Positions 20,113 through 29,664 of a DNA stretch of 64,000 nucleotides are shown here, piece by piece (the stretch's first letter is position 1; each line of letters begins with the position of its first letter). The notes beneath the pieces are model-generated. The model ran no database searches. It worked only from the letters and a program-made list of their open reading frames with translations, and was not told the DNA's origin. Source of the DNA: Chloroflexota bacterium (lineage in GTDB: Bacteria > Chloroflexota > UBA11872 > VXOZ01). The DNA is taken from the NCBI GenBank assembly GCA_963663275.1, contig OY760183.1, forward strand, positions 384,001-448,000. Reading direction: 5' to 3'. The translations under genes were made by a program, and so were the position numbers.

Positions 20113-20661
20113 ATGGCTACCCCTTCACAAGCTATCAAGCTCACGTACGAGGACTACTGCAATACCCCGGACGATGAGCGCTATGAGTTGTTGGATGGAG
20201 AGTTATTCATGACGCCAGCGCCGCGCGTGCGCCACCAGAGAGCAATCAGAAAGCTGAGCGGGCAGCTTGACCTCTTTGTGGAGGAGCACACATTGGGGGA
20301 GATCTTCTTCTCTCCTTGCGACGTAGTGCTCTCAGAAACTGACGTCGTGCAACCCGACCTGCTGTTCGTCTCCAATGAGCGCGCGCACATCGTCACCGAA
20401 GACAACGTCCAAGGCGCGCCCGACCTCACGATCGAAGTCCTATCTCCCGCCACCGCCGACCGCGATCTCACCGGCAAACGCGCGCTCTACGCCAAACACG
20501 GCATCCAGGAGTACTGGATCGTGGACACCGACGCCAGGACAGTGACGGTCCTCTTGCTGGATGGCGCAAGCTTTGCGGAGATAGGCGTGTGCGCAGAAGG
20601 CCAAACCCTGGCCTCACCCACCCTGGCAGGATTCACAATCGACCCGGACACGATCTTCTAG
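20113..20661 (+). CDS. Uma2 family endonuclease, copy 5
   Basis: Same motifs; 182 aa. Confidence 0.92.
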   Translation: MATPSQAIKLTYEDYCNTPDDERYELLDGELFMTPAPRVRHQRAIRKLSGQLDLFVEEHTLGEIFFSPCDVVLSETDVVQPDLLFVSNERAHIVTEDNVQGAPDLTIEVLSPATADRDLTGKRALYAKHGIQEYWIVDTDARTVTVLLLDGASFAEIGVCAEGQTLASPTLAGFTIDPDTIF

Positions 20662-20720
20662 CGTCAACGCCCCGCGGCTTGATGTCCATCGTGTGCGCCC
20701 CGTCGTGAGCAATGCCCGGT

Positions 20721-22235
20721 CTACGCTTCTCCCGCCGCCGCGGAACCGTCATCCGGCAGAGCGCCTTTCAAGGCCGGATACACGGCCAAAAACACCTCGC
20801 ATTGCCGCTCGTACACAGCGGCCAGGCTTTCATCCGGCGCGTAGGTCGCTTGGATTGGCGGCCGCCACGCGGCAAGCCGGTTCAGATCCGCCTTCCCGGC
20901 GGCAACGAACGCCAGCATAGCCGCCCCTTGCGCCGCGCCGTCGCCGCTCTCGCTGACGGCTAAGGAACGCCGCAGCACGTTCGCGAGCGTCTGCGCAACC
21001 GGCGGGAACGCCGCGCCGCCGGTGACCGTAAGCGGGGAAATCTCCACGCCCAGGCGCGTCTCCATCTCCCCAACCACGTTGCGCAGCGCGAACGCGATAC
21101 CCTCCACCACCGCCCGCGCCAGTTCGGGACGCCCGGCGTCCAGGTTCAAACCGGAGAAGGCCCCCCGCGCCTCGCGGTCCCACAGCGGCGCGCGCTCGCC
21201 CATCAGGTACGGCAGAAAGACCGCGCCGCCCGCCCCCGGGGCGCTCTCGCCGGCCAGTTTCACCAGTTCTTCAACAGAATCCAGCCCCAGGAGCGCCGCC
21301 GCCCAGCGCAGGGTCGCGCCGCCGGTCAACGTCGGCGCCACGTGCAGGTAGCGGCCCGGCAAGACGTGGCGGCGCGTATAGAAACGCGGGTCAGCCACCG
21401 GGCGCTCCGTGCAGACCGTAAACACGCCGGTTGTGCCCAGCGAGAGCAATCCCGCCCGCGGCGTTGACAGGCCCGCGCCCACCGCCGCCGCCTGCGCGTC
21501 CGCGCCGCCCATGGCGACGGGCGCGCCCGCCGGCACGCCCAACTCCGCCGCGGTCGCCGGGAGAACCTCACCAATTCTGGCCTCGCACGGTAGGTGCGGC
21601 GGCAGTTTCTCCGGTGGGATGCCCACCCGCCGGCACCAATCGTCCAGCCAGCGCGGCGGCTCGTCCAGCGCGAAAAGTCCCGTAAGCTGAGCGTTGGCCC
21701 AATCGATCCCAAAGGCGCCGGTGAGCCGGTGCGCCAGGTAGGTCGTCAGGGAGCCAAGATAGGCGCAGGCCGCCACCAGTTCGGGCCGCTGCTCCACCAG
21801 CCACGCCATGCTGCTCAGCGTCGTGCTGCCGCTCTCGACGCGCATGCCGGTGCGCTTGACGATGCTCGACTGGCTCTCGCCCGCCAGAATGCGCTCCACC
21901 TGCGGAACGCTGCGCTTATCTTCATAGATGATGCCGTTGCAGAGCGGCGTCCCGTCCGCCGCCAGCGGCGCCACCGACGGCGCGAGCGAGGTGAGGCCGA
22001 TACCCACAATGCGCCGGCGCGCGGCAGCGCCGGGCAGCGATGAAAGCGCCGCCTGGCAGGCGGCGGCCGCGCCTTCCCAGCAGCGGTAGAAGTCAATCTC
22101 CGCCCAGCCGGGCCGCGGGCGTTTGATTCGCGTGGGCGCGCTGCCCCGCGCCGCGACGCTCCCCGCGCGGTCGCAGAGGACTACCTTGGTCGCGGTGCTG
22201 CCGACGTCGATGCCAATGGCGTATTCAGGAGACAT
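20721..22235 (-). CDS. FGGY-family carbohydrate kinase (xylulokinase-like)
   Basis: IGIDVGSTATK, GGADA, SLGTTG, FLPYLMGERAP. Confidence 0.9.
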   Translation of the reverse strand: MSPEYAIGIDVGSTATKVVLCDRAGSVAARGSAPTRIKRPRPGWAEIDFYRCWEGAAAACQAALSSLPGAAARRRIVGIGLTSLAPSVAPLAADGTPLCNGIIYEDKRSVPQVERILAGESQSSIVKRTGMRVESGSTTLSSMAWLVEQRPELVAACAYLGSLTTYLAHRLTGAFGIDWANAQLTGLFALDEPPRWLDDWCRRVGIPPEKLPPHLPCEARIGEVLPATAAELGVPAGAPVAMGGADAQAAAVGAGLSTPRAGLLSLGTTGVFTVCTERPVADPRFYTRRHVLPGRYLHVAPTLTGGATLRWAAALLGLDSVEELVKLAGESAPGAGGAVFLPYLMGERAPLWDREARGAFSGLNLDAGRPELARAVVEGIAFALRNVVGEMETRLGVEISPLTVTGGAAFPPVAQTLANVLRRSLAVSESGDGAAQGAAMLAFVAAGKADLNRLAAWRPPIQATYAPDESLAAVYERQCEVFLAVYPALKGALPDDGSAAAGEA

Positions 22236-22374
22236 AACCACCACCAGCGGGGGTCGCTAAAGACACCACAGAAGACGAAGATGGATTCCGGCCTGCGCCG
22301 GTAAGACGGAGTCCGGCGGGCCATGCCCATGGCAATCACCCTGGCCTTGCCAGGCGGCGCCGCATCGTCAGACG

Positions 22375-23457
22375 CTAGCGCCGGATGCGCGCCGAGCCGC
22401 CGGCCGCGAACGCGCGCACGTCGTCCACCGTTGCCATCGTGGTATCGCCGGGGAACGTCGTGATCAGCGCGCCGTGGGCCCAGCCCAGTTTCACGGCCTC
22501 CGCCGGTTCTTCACCGGTGATTATTCCGTAGATAAGCCCCGACGCGAAGCCGTCGCCGCCGCCGACGCGGTCGTACACGTCCAGTTCGGCGGTGGGCGCC
22601 AGGTGGGTCTCGCCGTTGATCCAGGCCACCGCGCTCCAGCTATGCCGGTTCGTCGAGTGCACCTCGCGCAGTGTGGTCGCCACGATCTTCACCTGCGGAA
22701 ACTGGGCCACCACCTGGCCGATCATGGCGCTGAACGCGCTGGGGTCCAGCTTGGAGGCCGCGGCCACCTCCGGGCCGGGTATGCCCAGACCCGTCTGCAG
22801 GTCTTCCTCATTGCCCACCAGCACGTCCACGTTCTCCACGATGCGCCGGTTCACCGCGCCGGCCTGGTCTTCACCGCCCCAGATCTCCCAGAGTTTGGCG
22901 CGAAAATTGAGGTCGTAGGAGACGATCGCGCCGGCCGCTTTGGCCGCCCGCATCCCCTCGATGATCACCTCCGACGTGGTGGGCGAGAGCGCCGCAAAGA
23001 TGCCGCCGCTGTGGAACCAGCGCACGCCGCCGGCGAAGATCGCCTCCCAATCGAAGTCGCCGGGCTTAAGTTGCGCCGCCGCCTCGTTGCAGCGGTTGTA
23101 GAAGACCACCGGCGCGCGCACGCCCTGGCCCCGGTCGCTGTAGACCGTCGCCATGTTCGGCCCGTTCACGCCGTTGTGTTCGAAGTGCTTGTAGAAGGGC
23201 GTGACCCCCATCGCCCGCACGCGCTCGGCAATCAGGTGGCCGATGGGATAATCGGCCATGGCGCTGACCACGCCGGTGTCCAGGCCGAAGCAATTGGCCA
23301 GGTTGGCCGCCGTATTGAATTCACCGCCGCTGACGTGAATCGCGCACGTGTTCGCTTTGCGGAAGGGAATGATCCCCGGATCGAGCCGGTGCACCAGCGC
23401 CCCCAGCGAAACGAAGTCGCGCTCCGCGTCCGCGTTGACTGTCAATCCGTAACCCAT
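22375..23457 (-). CDS. PfkB-family sugar kinase (2-keto-3-deoxygluconate kinase-like)
   Basis: SGGEFN, YDLNFR, GNEED, DRVGGGDGF. Confidence 0.88.
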   Translation of the reverse strand: MGYGLTVNADAERDFVSLGALVHRLDPGIIPFRKANTCAIHVSGGEFNTAANLANCFGLDTGVVSAMADYPIGHLIAERVRAMGVTPFYKHFEHNGVNGPNMATVYSDRGQGVRAPVVFYNRCNEAAAQLKPGDFDWEAIFAGGVRWFHSGGIFAALSPTTSEVIIEGMRAAKAAGAIVSYDLNFRAKLWEIWGGEDQAGAVNRRIVENVDVLVGNEEDLQTGLGIPGPEVAAASKLDPSAFSAMIGQVVAQFPQVKIVATTLREVHSTNRHSWSAVAWINGETHLAPTAELDVYDRVGGGDGFASGLIYGIITGEEPAEAVKLGWAHGALITTFPGDTTMATVDDVRAFAAGGSARIRR

Positions 23458-23511
23458 CTCGCGCTCCTTTCCCTGCTATCGTCCCTCGATGACCGGCGCC
23501 GTATCCCGCAA

Positions 23512-23870
23512 CCCCCGCAGTCCCACAACTCCGGTTGACCTACTACTACTCCCGTAGTCCTACTACTCCGGTAGTCCCTCAAGTCCGGTTCTCCTTCAAG
23601 TCCGATTTTGCCAAAACTCCGGTTGTCCCTCATATCCGGTAGCGCAGGTTTGCAACCTGCGTCCGCCACCGGCCCGGCCGCAATTTCGCGCCCTCCGGCG
23701 GGCGGAAAAGCCCCCAAAGCTGCCGCTCAAAACCCATGAGCACTGTACTACCCGTTCGTGCTGAGCCTGTCGAAGTATGAACGGGTAGCGCAGGTTTGCA
23801 ACCTGCGTCTTCCTCCGGCCCGGCCGCACTTCCCTGTCTTCCGGTAACGCAGGTTTGTAACCTGCGTCTT
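23512..23870. repeat. Degenerate ~17-bp tandem array followed by REP palindromes
   Basis: ctccggtagtccctcaa-like units at 23512-23640, then GTAGCGCAGGTTTG(C/T)AACCTGCG copies. Confidence 0.65.
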
Positions 23871-23890
23871 CCCCCGGCGTCACCAAAGCC

Positions 23891-24952
23891 TCACAGGCGG
23901 CCCGAAAGCGAAGGTATCCCCAAAGTCTCCGCCATAGCGTCCAGGTCTTCCACGATTTCGGTCGCGAAGGCGATGCCGTCACGCAGGAAGTTTGCTTTGC
24001 GCTCCAGTTCGATCTCGCCGGGCAGGTAGATGCGCTCCACCCCTTTGGCCTTATCGGCATGGCGCATCTGGCGGATTTGCGTATCCATGCGCCGTTTGAA
24101 CTCGTCCACGTCCATCATGTGGCCCACGTCCAGCGCCATGAAGAGTTGGCCCATAGCCTGCGGCGTATTGGGAATGCCGCCCCGGCGCACGTCCTGGCCG
24201 AAGAGCGCGCCCGTCAGCACGCCGCAGAGCGCGTCCAGCACCACCGCCAGGCCGTAGCCTTTCGGCCCGCCCACTGGCGCCATGAGCGTAGCGATGCTTG
24301 GGTCCGTCGTCGGTTCGCCGGTGTCCGTGAACGCCCAATCGGCGGGTATCGACTCGCCTTTGCGTTTAGCCAGCGCCACCTTGCCCGCCGCCACCACGCT
24401 CACCGCCATGTCCAGCATCAGCGGGCGTTCTTCATTTGCGGGAATGGCGTATGCGATCGGGGTGTTGCTCAAGCTGGGCGTCACGCCGCCCCAGGGCGCC
24501 ATCACCTGGATGCCATTAGTGGAGCAAAAGCCGATGGCGTCGTGGTCCAGCGCCCGCAGCGTGTAGAAGGCGGCCGCGCCAAAGTGGTTGCTCTCGCGCA
24601 CGCCCACCGCGCCGATGCCGAACTGCTTGGCTTTCGCGATTGCCAGGTCCATGGCCTGCGCGCCCGCCACCTGCCCCATGGCGTTGCGCGCGCTGATGAG
24701 CGCAATGGCCCCGCTGTCGCTCACCACTTCCGGCGCGGCGGTGGGGTCGATCGAACCCACCTGAATCCAGTTGGCGTAGAGCGGCAGAAAGTTGCTGCCG
24801 TGGGTAAACACGCCCGTCAGGTCGGCGTGCACCAACGACTCCGCCACCAACGCCGCGTCCGCCGGCCCCATGCCGACGCTGCCCAGCGCCTCAGCATCGA
24901 AAGCCTCCATCACCCCGGCCGGCACGCGCACGATTCCAGCTTCGTCCGACAT
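23891..24952 (-). CDS. Ldh_2 family (malate/L-lactate-type) oxidoreductase
   Basis: ADLTGVFTHG, SNHFGAA, SNTPIA, LDMA, GGPKGYGL. Confidence 0.9.
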   Translation of the reverse strand: MSDEAGIVRVPAGVMEAFDAEALGSVGMGPADAALVAESLVHADLTGVFTHGSNFLPLYANWIQVGSIDPTAAPEVVSDSGAIALISARNAMGQVAGAQAMDLAIAKAKQFGIGAVGVRESNHFGAAAFYTLRALDHDAIGFCSTNGIQVMAPWGGVTPSLSNTPIAYAIPANEERPLMLDMAVSVVAAGKVALAKRKGESIPADWAFTDTGEPTTDPSIATLMAPVGGPKGYGLAVVLDALCGVLTGALFGQDVRRGGIPNTPQAMGQLFMALDVGHMMDVDEFKRRMDTQIRQMRHADKAKGVERIYLPGEIELERKANFLRDGIAFATEIVEDLDAMAETLGIPSLSGRL

Positions 24953-24970
24953 CGATTGGTCTCCCTTAAG

Positions 24971-25074
24971 TGCGTTCAACGCGATTGTTCAGCCCGGTTG
25001 TTCCGCGCAATAGTTCAGCCTGATCGTTCAGCACAACTGTCCAGCGCAATTGTCCGGTGTGATTGTTCAGCCGC
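24971..25074. repeat. Eight degenerate 13-bp tandem units
   Basis: tgcgttcaacgcg/attgttcagcccg/gttgttccgcgca/atagttcagcctg/atcgttcagcaca/actgtccagcgca/attgtccggtgtg/attgttcagccgc. Confidence 0.7.
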
Positions 25075-25603
25075 AAGGCATACTCCTCATCCGTTCGCCC
25101 TGAGCGTGTCGAAGGGCGCCCGTATGCCGCGGCAGTAGCCGCAATGCGTATTGAAGCCGTCGGTAGCCGGCAACCGTTCTTGCCGCATGGCAATTGCAAG
25201 CCTCAGCCTACGCGCCAACTTGGGGCGCACGCCCTGCCAGTATAGCACCCGCGCCGCCGCGAGGCGGATTCGGCTGGGTTCTGCGCGCGGGTCACGCGCT
25301 CCGCAAGCTGTGCCGGTCGTTCTGCGCACAGCAAGGGGTATGAAACGCGCTGCCTGAGCATTCCGGTTCTCAAAGCATTCTCCACTTGCCCGCCGCCCCG
25401 AGACACCGCTTACGCGAGCGGATGCTAGCCAAACAAAGGGGATTCCCTATAGCGGCATACCTGACAAGTCTGAGAGAATTCATACAGCCCACGTGCTCCG
25501 TTACCGGAAACTACCTTGACGTGCTCGATCACGTTGTCTAGCGTAGAGGGCATAGCGGGCAGCGCGGCATCGTCAATTGCGCAAAGGGCCGGAGGGATAC
25601 GCC

Positions 25604-28102
25604 ATGAAACGTCTTGCGGTACTCATCGGCTTTGCCTTGTTCCTGTTCATGCCGGCTTCCCTCTCGGCGGCGGAGTGCCAGTTCGTCCTCGGCTTTGCGA
25701 CCCTCCGCGACCTCATCGGCCACGACTTCGTCGGCGAGTGCCTGGAAGACGAGCACTACAACGCCACCGGCGACAGCGTGCAGCAGACCACCGGCGGCCT
25801 CCTGGTCTGGCGCAAAGCCGACAACTGGACCGCCTTCACCGACGGCTACCGCACCTGGATCAACGGCCCCAACGGCCTGGAACAACGCCTGAATACCGAA
25901 CGCTTCCCCTGGGAACCCGACTACGCCCCCGGCGGCGGCATCGCCACGCCCACACCCGCGCCGACACCTCCGCCCGCGCCGACACCTCCGCCCGCGCCAA
26001 CACCTCCACCCGCGCCGACACCCCCGCCCACGCCAACGCCCCCGCCTGACCCGGAGACGATTCACAGTGCCAAGCGGGCCTTAGCGGCCCTCTGGTGGGT
26101 ACAGGATGGATTGACGAACCTGGAGGAACGCGCGGTATCTTCCTTGCAAAGGCTGGCGCAAGAGCATCCCCGGGCCTTGCTGGCGCTTGTAGGAAAGCCA
26201 AAGGCGTGGCTGCCGCCGCGCTTCCAGGCGGATCTGTCAATTTACAGACCACTGTTGGCCCTTAGCGCCATAGATGAATCTGTGGTGGCGGAGTTCAGCG
26301 ACGTGCCCATGCTCAGGGAGAATGTCGCATTCACACGGGAAGCCCTCTCTATGCTGGCCTCGGTGTCGCAATCTAACCCGTCGTTTGTGCGAGAGGCTTT
26401 CTCTCATCCCCCGTTGCACGATACCTATGTGGCCGATGATGCGGTACGGCTCATGTTGTTCATTCTCAAAGCGGAAGACCCGGAGGCGGCTGCGATGATC
26501 GAGGCCCTGCCTTGGATCCGGGACGGAATAAACGCTCCTCCGTACTTGGATAGGAGTTCGGATGACGATCCGTCCGTGTTCGAGCGGTCTCATGCGCACA
26601 ACTTGGTGCTCTTGGCGCGCAACTCCCGGCAGACGTTCATCGAATTGATGAGCAAGGCCTGGATTCAGGACGGCCTGACGCAAACCGAGCATCAAGTGCT
26701 CTTCAACATCTTCGACCTGGTAGGAAACGACGTGGCATCGGCGCGCAAACTCGTCGCGATGCCCTTCCTGGAGACCATCGACGGCGGCGAAATCGTCATC
26801 CTGCAGTCAATGTCGGAGTGGACTTGGACCATAGACTACGTCCACGAGCGGTTTCTCGCCCATCCGGCGTTGTCCGGCGGCATAACCGACGAACACAAGG
26901 CAGCTATGGTCCTGGTTGGCTTGGAACTCGCCTACCCGGAAGAAGCGGCGATCATTGCCGCGCTGCCATGGGTCCAGGACGGCGTCACCGAAGAAGAGTT
27001 CGACGCTTTCCACCAGTTCCAGTGGATTGCCCTGGAATCCCAGGCACTGTTGCGCGCGCTAATCCAGAAGACTTGGGTTCAGGACGGCCTCACCACGGAC
27101 GAGCATTACGTGCTCTTCTATTTCTGGCGTTTCGCCAGTCTGCTCGATGACGAGGCGGCCTTGCTGCGTATCCTCGAGATGCCGTTCCTGGATGCTGTTG
27201 ACGGCGTCGACGCCGCGGCGCTCGGCTCTCTGTTCAGTTTGGGCATTTCGCGCGGCCAGACCTACCTATGGGAAGTCTTGTCTCACCCCACGCTGCGCGG
27301 CGGCATCAGGGATGAACACGCGGCCATCGTTGCGGTGCTCAGCGCCGTGGACTCTGTCGCGCCGGATTTGGTGAGTCCTATGCTCCATTCCGGGCAGGCC
27401 ATCGTCGAGCGGCGCGTACTCTCGTTGCCCAATCTTGGCCAGATAACGCTGGCAGTCATCCCCGCAAGCCAGCAGACGCCCAGCACGACAATGCAATGGC
27501 TGGAGCACGCGGTCCGCAGCCACGTGGAGTTCATGGGCACGCCCTCCCCCAGGAGCCACTTTGCCCTTTGGGTCCACGATAGAGCCGGCGTCAGCAGAGG
27601 GCCAACGGGGATTTACGGAATCCGCAACGTGGATAGCGCTAGCGAAATCGCCTATAGAACAGCGGGCGCCTACTGGCGCGCTGCGCCGCGGTGGCTTGCC
27701 GAAGGCACCGCGATCCTGCTGGAGAAAGTCTCGGAGCAGGCGCGCACTGGCACACCCATCACGCCGCGTGGAAGCGGCGAGTGCGCTCAAGCCAGGAATA
27801 TCGCCCACCTCGACCGGCTGACCTCTGACTCGCGCGACACAGGGAATTGTCCGTTCAACCTGGGGTCGGGCCTGTTCGTGGATTTGTACCACAGCCTGGG
27901 GGTTGAGGCGTTCCGGCAGGACTTCCGCAGCTTGAACCTGAAGTTGAGGAATTCCGAGCACTACGATGAGTGCGTCGGTATCGAGCGCGGCGTCTGCTAC
28001 GTGAAAGCCGCCTTTGTGACCGATGCGCCTCCGGCCCATGCGGCAATCGCAGAGCCAATCATCAACCGCTGGTACTACGGCTCGGCGCGTAGAGCCAATT
28101 AG
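25604..28102 (+). CDS. Exported protein: ECQFVLGF N-terminal module, PT linker, LPWxxDG repeats, degenerate gluzincin-like C-terminus
   Basis: Signal peptide, GGAGG RBS, repeated ALPWxxDG/MPFL/HPxLxGGI motifs, IAYRTAG...WLAEG. Confidence 0.8.
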   Translation: MKRLAVLIGFALFLFMPASLSAAECQFVLGFATLRDLIGHDFVGECLEDEHYNATGDSVQQTTGGLLVWRKADNWTAFTDGYRTWINGPNGLEQRLNTERFPWEPDYAPGGGIATPTPAPTPPPAPTPPPAPTPPPAPTPPPTPTPPPDPETIHSAKRALAALWWVQDGLTNLEERAVSSLQRLAQEHPRALLALVGKPKAWLPPRFQADLSIYRPLLALSAIDESVVAEFSDVPMLRENVAFTREALSMLASVSQSNPSFVREAFSHPPLHDTYVADDAVRLMLFILKAEDPEAAAMIEALPWIRDGINAPPYLDRSSDDDPSVFERSHAHNLVLLARNSRQTFIELMSKAWIQDGLTQTEHQVLFNIFDLVGNDVASARKLVAMPFLETIDGGEIVILQSMSEWTWTIDYVHERFLAHPALSGGITDEHKAAMVLVGLELAYPEEAAIIAALPWVQDGVTEEEFDAFHQFQWIALESQALLRALIQKTWVQDGLTTDEHYVLFYFWRFASLLDDEAALLRILEMPFLDAVDGVDAAALGSLFSLGISRGQTYLWEVLSHPTLRGGIRDEHAAIVAVLSAVDSVAPDLVSPMLHSGQAIVERRVLSLPNLGQITLAVIPASQQTPSTTMQWLEHAVRSHVEFMGTPSPRSHFALWVHDRAGVSRGPTGIYGIRNVDSASEIAYRTAGAYWRAAPRWLAEGTAILLEKVSEQARTGTPITPRGSGECAQARNIAHLDRLTSDSRDTGNCPFNLGSGLFVDLYHSLGVEAFRQDFRSLNLKLRNSEHYDECVGIERGVCYVKAAFVTDAPPAHAAIAEPIINRWYYGSARRAN

Positions 28103-28162
28103 ATTAACCCATCAGGCCCGCTGGCGGGGCGCATCCCGGAAATCCCCCCGCGTCCGCTCGGG

Positions 28163-29221
28163 TCAGGGGCCCGCCTCGTCGGGAGCCGGTTTGCGCCAGA
28201 CCGCCCGCAGCAGCAGGCCCGCGATCAACAGGCAGATCGCCCCGGACACGCCCAGCAGCAGGAACGCCGCCACCGTATCCAGGAAGTGCAGGCGGCTCAC
28301 GCTTTCGGACAACTCTTTCAGCGCCACGGCCGCGCCGCCGCTGAGCACGGTCACGCCGAACAGACCGCGAATGCGCCCGGGAACCACGAAGCGGGTTGCC
28401 GTGGCCCCCACCTGCGCGCCCGCCGAGGCTGCGGTCAGCATGATGATAGCCATGAGCAGGTCCACGTGGTTGCCCAGGGCGTAGATGAACGTCCCCACCG
28501 AGCCGGTGATGATGATCTGAAAGAGGTCGGTGCCGATGGCGATCACGGTGGGCACGCCCAGCACGTAGACCAGTAGGGGCATCAGGATGAACCCGCCGCC
28601 CGCCCCCAGCAGCCCGGCCATGAAGCCCACGCCGAAACCGACGCTGAACGGCACGAATACGGAGATGCTCTGAATCTCCGACAGGGGCAAGGCTACCCGG
28701 GTGGGCGTGCGCCCCCGTCCCGGCAGCCAGACGGCATGGGGCGGGATGCGCAGCGACTGCACCGTGCGCGCCAGGCTTGCGGTGGAAACCGCGTCGCCGG
28801 CCGCGTCCGCGCGCCGCCGCACCTTGAAGTAGTCGTAGACGATGAACGACCCCAGGGCGCCCAGAAAGACGACGTACACGTACCGGATCACCGGGCCGAT
28901 GATGCCCGCCTCCAGCAAGGCCACGTTCAGCCGCTCCGCCAGAATCTCGCCGGGCACCGTGCCGCAGACCATCAGCAGCCCCAGCCGGAAGTCCACGTGG
29001 CCCAGGCCCTTGTGCTTCAGCATGTTGATGATGGAGGAACCCATCACCAGGGTGAGGCCGGTGCCCACCGCGAAGATGGGCGGCACGCCGAAGACCAGCA
29101 ACCCCCCGGTAATCAGGAACCCGCCGCCGACGCCGAAGAAGCCGCCCAAGGTGCCCACGATCAACCCCAGCATCACCAGGAGTACCGGGTCCACCGCCAC
29201 GCCGGCATTGGGAAAGAACAT
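28163..29221 (-). CDS. Sulfite exporter TauE/SafE family protein
   Basis: Duplicated GFFGVGGGFL / GLLGAGGGFI motifs, AIGTDL. Confidence 0.9.
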   Translation of the reverse strand: MFFPNAGVAVDPVLLVMLGLIVGTLGGFFGVGGGFLITGGLLVFGVPPIFAVGTGLTLVMGSSIINMLKHKGLGHVDFRLGLLMVCGTVPGEILAERLNVALLEAGIIGPVIRYVYVVFLGALGSFIVYDYFKVRRRADAAGDAVSTASLARTVQSLRIPPHAVWLPGRGRTPTRVALPLSEIQSISVFVPFSVGFGVGFMAGLLGAGGGFILMPLLVYVLGVPTVIAIGTDLFQIIITGSVGTFIYALGNHVDLLMAIIMLTAASAGAQVGATATRFVVPGRIRGLFGVTVLSGGAAVALKELSESVSRLHFLDTVAAFLLLGVSGAICLLIAGLLLRAVWRKPAPDEAGP

Positions 29222-29224
29222 CGC

Positions 29225-29410
29225 CTACCCCCGCCCGTTGGTCCGGGCGCGACTCCCGGCCCAGGCCGATACGACCCACCGCAGGACCATTTCCCAGAGG
29301 ACGTAGAGGCCCAGTCCGGTACCCGCCACCACCGCCATGACCGACAAGGCCCACAGCAACGGCCACCGGCTGCTGAAATCTTGCAGAAAGTCCGTCAGCG
29401 CATCGTACAT
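29225..29410 (-). CDS. Small single-TM protein directly upstream of TauE
   Basis: MYDALTDFLQ...PLLWALSVMAVVAGTGLGL; 3-bp gap to TauE. Confidence 0.55.
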   Translation of the reverse strand: MYDALTDFLQDFSSRWPLLWALSVMAVVAGTGLGLYVLWEMVLRWVVSAWAGSRARTNGRG

Positions 29411-29664
29411 GCCACCCAGTATAGCCAATGGCGCCTTGCCCATGTCGGCGCGGGATTCCCGCATCGATGCGACGGCGCGCGCGGAGATGCGCCTGCGGAG
29501 CCGCCGCCTGCGTGATATACACTCGCCCGGAAGAAGCCGCGATTGCCGGTCCATTCACTTGTCAGTAGTATTATGCCCAAGTACACTGAGCGCATCGGCA
29601 GGGAAGCCTGCATAAAGACGTCTGTAATCTCGATGGCGGTGCGCGAGAGACCGGAGAGACGCCC

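Noticed and set aside
17624-20661. Uma2 array as a DGR target or integron cassette array
   Set aside because: No reverse transcriptase or integrase in the window, variation is not adenine-specific, and the spacers lack attC structure
25945-26050. Pro-Thr tandem repeats (also 57240-57470)
   Set aside because: Ordinary flexible linkers in exported proteins
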